In this document: positions 57,915 to 64,000 of the stretch, one piece after another
How positions within the stretch are numbered: position 1 is the first letter of the stretch
Layout: each line of letters opens with the position of its first letter
Virus record (IMG/VR): IMGVR_UViG_3300042483_000388
DNA length: 64,000 nucleotides
Direction: 5' to 3' (one strand)
Source: a virus
Taxonomy: Duplodnaviria > Caudoviricetes
Position numbers and translations under genes: made by a program
Notes under the pieces: generated by a model
Database searches by the model: none
What the model was told of the DNA's origin: nothing
The model's input: the letters and a program-made list of their open reading frames with translations, nothing else

Positions 57915-58073
57915 TAATCTAAAGTCATAGTTTGCTCAATACATGGATTTATTAACCACTAATCTCAATTGTATTCGTATTTATTAGTGAGCTCAACCTG
58001 CCCGTGGAATATGGGGGTTTCCTAAAAAGATTCTTCAAGAGAGTAAATAATTTTAATTTTATTTATTTTTACT

Positions 58074-60815
58074 ATGAAGAATATATTGCTTGGACTTTTT
58101 GTCCTGTTTTCTACTTTCACATTTTCACAATCATGTCTCCACACTATTCGACGAACTGATACCTTTGGTGATGGTTGGAATGGAGGAACTGTAGCTGTTT
58201 CCGTTAATGGAGTAACTGTTTTATCCGGATTATCTTGTGTTGGAGCCGGTCCTACTTCTTCAACATTTAGTGCTGCAGTAGGATCAACAATTAGAGTGTA
58301 CCGAACAGCTGCCGGACTTTACCCTACAGAAATGCGTATACAAGTTCTCAGTGGTGCTGGTGCCATTATACTCAATACTGTTCAACCACTTGCTGGATCT
58401 GCAATTTCAGGAGGGTGGACAGTATTAGGAAGTTGTGCGGCAGCAGGACCTTGTACCAATACCTCATCATATGGTTCAGCTACTGCTCCATCTACACCAA
58501 CAACAGTAGTTATTAGTACATGTCAATTTCAGTCAGAGTACAGTACAATTTATTCTTGCATAGCAGGTCGAACATATCAATCGGCTTACAATTTAGGGGG
58601 ATTCATAACGGTTAGATCGGGAACATACAATGGTGCTGTAGTTGCTAGTGGAAACAGCCCACTAAATTGGGTGTGCCCAACCTCAGGAACATATTTTGTC
58701 CATTATAATACAAATAATACTTGTGGGACAGCATCTTCTTGTGGGACATCTTCTATTTCTTGTTTAACTTGTTTGGCGCCAACTGCCCCACCAAATGATT
58801 TAGTGTGTAATTCAACATCTATTACTTGTGGTCAAACACTATCAGGAACTACTATAGATGCAACCAACACTGGAACGGGTGAAGGTGGATTTTGTTCTGT
58901 AAGTCAAACACAACCCGGTGTTTGGTATGTTATTCCAGGAAACGGACAAATTATGACGGCAAATCTTTGTGCGACGGCATGGGATAGTAAAATGTCTGTA
59001 TTTAGTGGCCCTAATTGCTCTACATTGTCATGTGTTGGAGGAAATGATGATTTTGGGCCCGCTTGTGCTAGTTCGTCCGCCTCATTTTCATGGTCATCGG
59101 TAGTTGGAACAAATTACTATATATTAGTTCATGGGTATAGTGCAAGTAGTACTTTTTCTATTAACCTAACTTGTATGTCTCCCCCACCACCAAATCCTAC
59201 ATCAATATCTGCAACACAAAATACTATTTGTAATGGATCATCTACCACCCTAACCGCAAATGGTGCTGTGGGTGTGGTTTATTGGTATGTAGGAGGTTGT
59301 GCTTCCACTTTCGTATCAACCGGAAATTCCATTTCGGTAAGTCCTGCATCAACCACCACATACTACGCAAGAAATCTAAACGGAGGTCTTTTTAGTGGTG
59401 GGTGTGCTTCAACAACAATAACGGTTAATCCCAATCCCAATGTAACCATAAGTTCGGTAACCAATACAATATGTGATGGATCAAACACCCAATTAATATC
59501 TAACATTAGTGGTGTGTCATCCCCAGGAAATCTTGTTGTGACCATATCCAGTGGTGGATTCTTAGATGAAAGTTCTTGGACTTTAACAAATAGTTTAGGT
59601 GCTGTAATTGGTTCAGGTGGACCTTATGGTTTAGGGTCAACAAATATAATTCCAATCGGTTCATCGGCAAATGGTCCATACACACTTAATGTGGAAACTC
59701 AAGGAATATGGAATGACAACACGGCAAATTATTTGGTAACTTGTAACGGAACAACGGTCCTAAGTGGAAGTTTAGTTGGTGGGCAGAGCATAACACAATC
59801 AATCTCATCTTGTGGGTCTTCTCCTGGTGTAACATATCTATGGACACCTTCAAACGGACTTACAAATGCAAGTGCCCCAAGTCCATTTGCTTCTCCTACG
59901 ACTACACAGACCTATCAGTTAACCGTAACTGCAAATGGGTGTTCAGTATCAACCTCCACAACAATAACCGTAAATCCTTCTGTTGGTTTTGTGTCTACAA
60001 TATCTGGTAATAATACCATAATTGCCGGAACACAAGGAAGTTATTCAATAACACCGGTAGCAAACTCAAATTATCAATGGGCATACACCGAGTCCGTAAC
60101 TGTGCCACTATGGATAAACGTTCCGAACTCTAACTCACCATCAATAACATTTACTTGGCCACAGACAACAACTAATGGTTCGGCTAGAGTTATTATCAGT
60201 AATGCTTATGGGTGTGGAACTCAAACCAGATTTTTTAATATTGTTACTAATGGTGCTCTTCCTGTTGAACTATTAAGTTTTGTTGGGGTTTGTGATAACA
60301 ATTTAATATCATTAACTTGGAAAACGGCAAGTGAACATAATTCTGATTATTTTGAAGTTCTTAAATCAAGAGATGGTTTAAATTGGTCAATATTAACCAC
60401 TTTAAATTCGGCTGGTAATTCAACCCAAGAATTAACTTATACCACAAAAGATGAAAACGCCATTGACGGGGATAACTATTATAAACTTCTTCAATATGAT
60501 ATTGATGGACAATCAAAAGAGTATGGGCCAATAAATGTAATGTGTAATGAAAACAAAAAAGGTTACTTTTCAATATTTCCTAATCCAAGTTCAGGATCTT
60601 TCCAAGTTGTGTTAAACAATAAAAATATGGTTGGTGATGGAAAATTAATTATTAAAGACACAAAAGGATCTGAAATACTTAATAAAGAAATTAATATTGT
60701 TTCAGGGATTAATTTATATAATATTGGAGATTTAAATATGGTGGATGGAATTTATTATGTTCAGGTAAGTAACGGAAATTTTTCAACACAAGTAATAAAA
60801 CAAATAATAAAATAA
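58074..60815 (+). CDS. Secreted multi-Ig/Cys-rich protein with a T9SS (Por) C-terminal sorting domain
   Basis: Signal peptide MKNILLGLFVLFSTFTFS-Q; PPNDLVCN motif; LPVELLSF...TWKTASEHNSDYF; FSIFPNPSSG...GIYYVQV...KQIIK. Confidence 0.85.
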   Translation: MKNILLGLFVLFSTFTFSQSCLHTIRRTDTFGDGWNGGTVAVSVNGVTVLSGLSCVGAGPTSSTFSAAVGSTIRVYRTAAGLYPTEMRIQVLSGAGAIILNTVQPLAGSAISGGWTVLGSCAAAGPCTNTSSYGSATAPSTPTTVVISTCQFQSEYSTIYSCIAGRTYQSAYNLGGFITVRSGTYNGAVVASGNSPLNWVCPTSGTYFVHYNTNNTCGTASSCGTSSISCLTCLAPTAPPNDLVCNSTSITCGQTLSGTTIDATNTGTGEGGFCSVSQTQPGVWYVIPGNGQIMTANLCATAWDSKMSVFSGPNCSTLSCVGGNDDFGPACASSSASFSWSSVVGTNYYILVHGYSASSTFSINLTCMSPPPPNPTSISATQNTICNGSSTTLTANGAVGVVYWYVGGCASTFVSTGNSISVSPASTTTYYARNLNGGLFSGGCASTTITVNPNPNVTISSVTNTICDGSNTQLISNISGVSSPGNLVVTISSGGFLDESSWTLTNSLGAVIGSGGPYGLGSTNIIPIGSSANGPYTLNVETQGIWNDNTANYLVTCNGTTVLSGSLVGGQSITQSISSCGSSPGVTYLWTPSNGLTNASAPSPFASPTTTQTYQLTVTANGCSVSTSTTITVNPSVGFVSTISGNNTIIAGTQGSYSITPVANSNYQWAYTESVTVPLWINVPNSNSPSITFTWPQTTTNGSARVIISNAYGCGTQTRFFNIVTNGALPVELLSFVGVCDNNLISLTWKTASEHNSDYFEVLKSRDGLNWSILTTLNSAGNSTQELTYTTKDENAIDGDNYYKLLQYDIDGQSKEYGPINVMCNENKKGYFSIFPNPSSGSFQVVLNNKNMVGDGKLIIKDTKGSEILNKEINIVSGINLYNIGDLNMVDGIYYVQVSNGNFSTQVIKQIIK

Positions 60816-60860
60816 GAAAATATCTTTATAATATTAAATTAAAGTCATAAAAAGAATATA

Positions 60861-60890
60861 AAGCCCCCAAATAAAAAGTGGGGGTTTTTT
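60861..60890 (+). terminator. Intrinsic terminator
   Basis: AAGCCCC...GGGGTT followed by a T run. Confidence 0.7.
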
Positions 60891-60924
60891 GTTTTTATTA
60901 GAAAAACTTTATTATCTTTGTATT

Positions 60925-61113
60925 GTGAAAAAACCATGCAAAGAATGTCCCCACGTTATTAAGAATCGTCATAATGATATGATTGTTGAATTTGGTCGTA
61001 GGACCGGCAAACAACATAATTGTCATATGACAGAGGGTGTAAAAGATTTGTGGAATGTTACAGATAAAAAATTAGAATGTTATGGATCAAAGGAGATATC
61101 AAATGGAAAGTAA
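60925..61113 (+). CDS. Small Cys/His metal-binding protein (GTG start, probably leaderless)
   Basis: KKPCKECPH...HNCH; GTG 4 nt after TATCTTTG. Confidence 0.6.
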   Translation: MKKPCKECPHVIKNRHNDMIVEFGRRTGKQHNCHMTEGVKDLWNVTDKKLECYGSKEISNGK

Positions 61114-61462
61114 AGAATGTGGTCACGAGGATAGGTGTAATTGCGTAACAAAATACCCAATGCCTGAGTATGATCCATACACAGGAGAAAAAAATCCGTT
61201 ATTGGAAACTACCACAAAACCGGTTAAAGATAAATCACACCAAATGGTTAGAGAATTTATATACGGAGTGTGTGATAAGACTGGATCTTGTGATTCCTAC
61301 TTTGGGTTTTTCAAAAATGAAAAAGATGCTGAACACGAAGTTGAGGTTCAATCTAATAGACTCAAGGAAGACTTGGGTATGATGGAAATTGAGATAAAAA
61401 AAGATAGAGCATTGTTTAACAATAAATTAGTAATAGTAATTCATTCATATGTGTTAAGATGA
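61103..61462 (+). CDS. Hypothetical protein
   Basis: MESKECGHEDRCNC start; coupled to neighbours. Confidence 0.6.
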   Translation: MESKECGHEDRCNCVTKYPMPEYDPYTGEKNPLLETTTKPVKDKSHQMVREFIYGVCDKTGSCDSYFGFFKNEKDAEHEVEVQSNRLKEDLGMMEIEIKKDRALFNNKLVIVIHSYVLR

Positions 61463-62286
61463 TAAACCCAACAGGAAAAAAATTAGAAAAAATTATCTTT
61501 AAATTGTTTGACGATGCAAGTCAAGGTGTTGATAGATATAATCACAATGGCAGTCTATGGGCTATCTTTACCGATGAAATGAGATGGGTTGTTGAATACA
61601 CTAAAGACCAAACTCTATGGTATAACTATAACTTCTTTAAAGATGAGATGGATTTAATTGGTTTGGATTGTGTTGAAAATAAAGACCTTATTCAAAAATG
61701 GTTTGAGTCAAGATTCTTAAATATTAATTCAGTTGAAGACACCATTCAAAATGGGGTGAAACACACCCATTCAAACCCAATTCCCTTGACTTTCTCTGTT
61801 GAAGACACCATTCAAAATGGGGTGAAACACACCGAGGAGGGATTGAGGCCTGATGACTCTGACGTTGAAGATACCATTCAAAATGGGGTGAAACACACCC
61901 TAGACATCGAACATGGGAATTATCTAAAGGTTGAAGACACCATTCAAAATGGGGTAAGACACACCCGGACAAGTTTCTTAAATCCATCCCTGCTAGTTGA
62001 AGACACCATTCAAAATGGGGTGAAAGAAACAACACCTAGTGGTTATTTGGGTTCAATAGAGATGAAAGGTAAAATAGTTCATCAAATTGAATCTCCAAAA
62101 CAAAATAATGAGGTTGAAGACACCATTCAAAATGGTGTGAAAGAGACTATTGGCACACTACGGCGTACTGCTAAGTGGGGTGTTGATGACATCATCCAAA
62201 ATGGTGTAAAAGAAACTCATGACGATTGTTCAAATAACATTGCAAGAGTTGAAGGTATAGTTAGAATAGGTGAAAAATTAAATTAA
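61459..62286 (+). CDS. Protein with a ~90-aa N-terminal domain and VEDTIQNGVK(H/E)T repeats separated by hypervariable 10-aa inserts
   Basis: Frame stays open through the whole repeat array; several repeat variants are synonymous. Confidence 0.7.
   Translation: MINPTGKKLEKIIFKLFDDASQGVDRYNHNGSLWAIFTDEMRWVVEYTKDQTLWYNYNFFKDEMDLIGLDCVENKDLIQKWFESRFLNINSVEDTIQNGVKHTHSNPIPLTFSVEDTIQNGVKHTEEGLRPDDSDVEDTIQNGVKHTLDIEHGNYLKVEDTIQNGVRHTRTSFLNPSLLVEDTIQNGVKETTPSGYLGSIEMKGKIVHQIESPKQNNEVEDTIQNGVKETIGTLRRTAKWGVDDIIQNGVKETHDDCSNNIARVEGIVRIGEKLN
61732..62283. CRISPR. CRISPR-like repeat-spacer array (36-nt repeat, mostly 30-nt unique spacers) embedded in-frame in an ORF; no cas genes in the window
   Basis: Repeat GTTGAAGACACCATTCAAAATGGGGTGAAACACACC at 61732, 61798, 61864, 61930, 61996, 62113 and 62182, degenerate at 62248; spacers 30,30,30,30,81,33,30 nt. 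The repeat structure is certain; the CRISPR function is not. Confidence 0.5.
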
Positions 62287-62334
62287 TAATAGAAGTAGTA
62301 AACATTATTAGAAAATAATACGTATATTTGTGGA

Positions 62335-62511
62335 ATGGAAAAAGAAGATAAAATAGAAATTAATGTAAAAAATGGTGACAATTTTCATATGGATAAAGAT
62401 GTGTATATTCAATGGTTAAAAGCATTTATGGTACTAAATCTTGAAAAAGAGAATTATGATGAGTGTGCCAAGTTAAGGGATGAAATAAAATCTTTAGGTG
62501 AAGATTTTTAA
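62335..62511 (+). CDS. Small protein with a UVR (UvrB/UvrC) motif, 58 aa (not in the ORF track)
   Basis: LEKENYDECAKLRDEIK; ATG 4 nt after TATATTTG. Confidence 0.7.
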   Translation: MEKEDKIEINVKNGDNFHMDKDVYIQWLKAFMVLNLEKENYDECAKLRDEIKSLGEDF

Positions 62512-62525
62512 AATAATAAATTGTT

Positions 62526-62840
62526 ATGAAAACAAGAGAAACAAAATTTGGAACATATATAGAAATGGAAACAGAAACAAGCACAAAATTAACTGGTGAT
62601 AAGATTACGGTATTTGTGGAAAGATTGAAAAAAATTGGAATTGAAGTTAAACTATCAGGAAACTTTCCTTGGGTATATATTACTGAAATCTGTGGTAAAA
62701 GAGTAACTGAAAAGTTTGAAGGGAATCACGGGTTTACATTAATATTTTTACCAGGTAGAAACGATAGCCCACCATCTGATTTTACTGATATTACAGAGAT
62801 ATTTAAACTAATAAGAAAATATACAAATGAAACTAATTAA
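62526..62840 (+). CDS. Hypothetical protein
   Basis: Operon ORF (GNFPWVYI). Confidence 0.65.
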   Translation: MKTRETKFGTYIEMETETSTKLTGDKITVFVERLKKIGIEVKLSGNFPWVYITEICGKRVTEKFEGNHGFTLIFLPGRNDSPPSDFTDITEIFKLIRKYTNETN

Positions 62841-63069
62841 ATTAACATCATATAGTGACAACGGTCCCATCTACATTAATATAAATGAAATCGGACATTT
62901 CAACGAAGGAGAAGGATACAAAATGAATTCTAATGGTGTGGGACATAAAATGGAAAAATATACACAAGTAGGTGTAACAACACATAATGATGGTGGTTTT
63001 AAAGTTAAAGAAACACCATCAGAAATAATTGATAAAATTTGGAACCTAATTAATAAACGAATAATATGA
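62827..63069 (+). CDS. Small hypothetical protein (FlbD-like beta pattern)
   Basis: MKLIKLT...IYININEIGHF...VKETPSEII. Confidence 0.55.
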   Translation: MKLIKLTSYSDNGPIYININEIGHFNEGEGYKMNSNGVGHKMEKYTQVGVTTHNDGGFKVKETPSEIIDKIWNLINKRII

Positions 63070-63590
63070 ATTTAGACAAACTAACAATGGACGAACTTAT
63101 TTCATTAAGAAATGAAATTCAAGGAAAAATACATTCCTATGAAGATGGGTATTTGTATATCTGTTCTGTTCGTCAGTTTGGTAGTGTGTGGGAAGAAAAA
63201 CCAAGTAGTTTATATGGTTTAAAAGAACTTTGTGATTCATATTACGGTGACAATGGTATTGTTGATGTTTATACTAACAACCCAAATTTAGAATTTCCTG
63301 AAATGGAGTTTGAAAACTATGGTGACGTTATGTTTATTAAATCAGAAGATGATTACCGTGACTGGGTTAAATACAACAAAGAAAAAAACTTTATTGATGA
63401 TGTAACACAACGACTTGATGAGTGGGATGAAAGTAAAAATTCACCATTTAAATATCGCCCTTCTTTTGCGCCAATTTGGACAAGAGAAGATCTTAATGAA
63501 TGGGTTACAGAGTTTGAAAGTAAGACATGGGATTTTACCGAACCAAAATCTATGAAGATAAATTATTCCGAAGAAGATGGTGAAGATTAA
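63066..63590 (+). CDS. Hypothetical protein
   Basis: Coupled ORF. Confidence 0.65.
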   Translation: MNLDKLTMDELISLRNEIQGKIHSYEDGYLYICSVRQFGSVWEEKPSSLYGLKELCDSYYGDNGIVDVYTNNPNLEFPEMEFENYGDVMFIKSEDDYRDWVKYNKEKNFIDDVTQRLDEWDESKNSPFKYRPSFAPIWTREDLNEWVTEFESKTWDFTEPKSMKINYSEEDGED

Positions 63591-63614
63591 AAAAATAATT
63601 AATATATTTGTAAT

Positions 63615-64000
63615 ATGGAAAAAGTTAAAATTTATTTAGATGATGTTCGTACGCCGGTAGACCCAAGTTGGGTCGTTGTTCGTTCTTACGATGAGTTTGT
63701 TGAAAAAATAAATGAGATTGGTTTGGAGAACATTGAACTAATATCTTTGGATCACGATTTGGGTGATAGTGCAATTGATGAATGGAAAAAAAATGTTTAT
63801 ACAAATTACACAATTGATTACGATAACATTACAGAAAAAACAGGTATGGATTGCACTAAATGGTTAGTGAATCAATGGTTAGATGGTAAACCTATCGTTG
63901 AGGTTGTGGTTCATTCTGCAAACGCAGTAGGGTCGGGTAATATGATGGGTTATTTGAATAATTACCGACACTTGAATAGAATGGAACAAAATTGTGTTAG
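63615..64000 (+). CDS. Cyclic-phosphate processing receiver-domain protein (partial; not in the ORF track)
   Basis: MEKVKIYLDDVRTP...ISLDHDLGD...TGMDCTKWL...VHSANAVG; runs off the window end. Confidence 0.75.
   Translation, partial: MEKVKIYLDDVRTPVDPSWVVVRSYDEFVEKINEIGLENIELISLDHDLGDSAIDEWKKNVYTNYTIDYDNITEKTGMDCTKWLVNQWLDGKPIVEVVVHSANAVGSGNMMGYLNNYRHLNRMEQNCV

Larger units (their letters stand above)
2366..57984. promoter_or_regulatory. Class III (putative late) promoter motif TATTTAT; the span covers dispersed sites
   Basis: Just upstream of starts at 2366, 9987, 12069, 16794(-), 26812, 31040, 36300(-), 37476, 38929, 40468, 45306(-), 46450(-), 46713(-), 46775, 51910(-), 52800, 54186, 56653, 57978. 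Confidence 0.65.
24216..63610. promoter_or_regulatory. Class I promoters: Bacteroidetes -7 element TAnnTTTG (TATCTTTG/TATATTTG); the span covers dispersed sites
   Basis: Intergenic copies at 24216, 24830, 26225, 36521(-), 40162, 42645, 51965, 55579, 60913, 62323, 63603. Confidence 0.8.

Noticed and set aside
57990-58040. Purine riboswitch (GGAATATGG and GTTTC resemble L2 and J2/3)
   Set aside because: There is no convincing P1 or P3 stem, or L3 partner, in the right register. Kept only as an unexplained leader.
61724-62035. Antisense 103-aa ORF (PHFEWCLQ repeats) as a real gene
   Set aside because: It has no promoter motif or operon context and arises from the repeat. Its openness does show that stop-free spacers can occur by chance, which weakens the coding argument for the sense frame.
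61732-62283. Diversity-generating retroelement variable region
   Set aside because: No reverse transcriptase or template/variable repeat pair is in the window, and the spacers are unrelated to each other rather than adenine-mutated copies.
3108-63813. Numerous short overlapping or antisense ORFs in the track (e.g. 8558-8761, 20541-20846, 30367-30798, 40460-40957, 63625-63813)
   Set aside because: They are shadows of longer genes with recognisable motifs or of low-complexity repeats, and have no independent signals.
1-64000. Stop-codon reassignment, tRNA genes, introns/inteins or IS elements
   Set aside because: Recognisable proteins (primase, SbcC, sigma, GSII, MTases) are full-length in the standard code. 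I saw no cloverleaf/T-loop pattern, splice motifs, transposase or terminal inverted repeats. A tRNAscan run would confirm.

Overview
This window is a 64 kb segment of a large, AT-rich (roughly 30% GC by eye), gene-dense tailed dsDNA phage genome of jumbo or T4-superfamily style. It uses the standard genetic code and I saw no tRNAs. The host is almost certainly a Bacteroidota member: there are TAnnTTTG (-7) promoters, no Shine-Dalgarno sites, a Bacteroidetes-type RpoD-like sigma factor, an Hc1-like nucleoid protein, SprB-type repeats and a T9SS C-terminal-domain protein. Layout: tail/baseplate module with Pro/Thr-rich proteins and a glycosyltransferase (1-16.8 kb); RuvC, primase, PD-(D/E)XK nuclease, Mre11/Rad50 and sigma (14.6-26.2 kb); lysis-like and head-associated genes (26.8-32.3 kb); a mixed accessory region (32-64 kb) with DnaJ, two DNA methyltransferases, thioredoxin/glutaredoxin, glutamine synthetase II, a degenerate MetK-like gene, a tandem-duplicated cassette with annexin-like domains, RNA-repair-type genes and a T9SS cargo protein. 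The most unusual signals are: (1) a CRISPR-like 36+30 nt repeat-spacer array, resembling type VI-B repeats, sitting in-frame inside an ORF with no cas genes nearby (61.7-62.3 kb); (2) a small unit with its own promoter and terminator, holding two 36-nt pseudoknot-like modules plus covarying hairpins (36.35-36.53 kb, minus strand); (3) three distinct promoter classes with largely leaderless mRNAs; (4) a shared N-terminal (I/L)xE peptide on genes of the putative late class. All family calls come from motif recognition by eye; no database searches were run.
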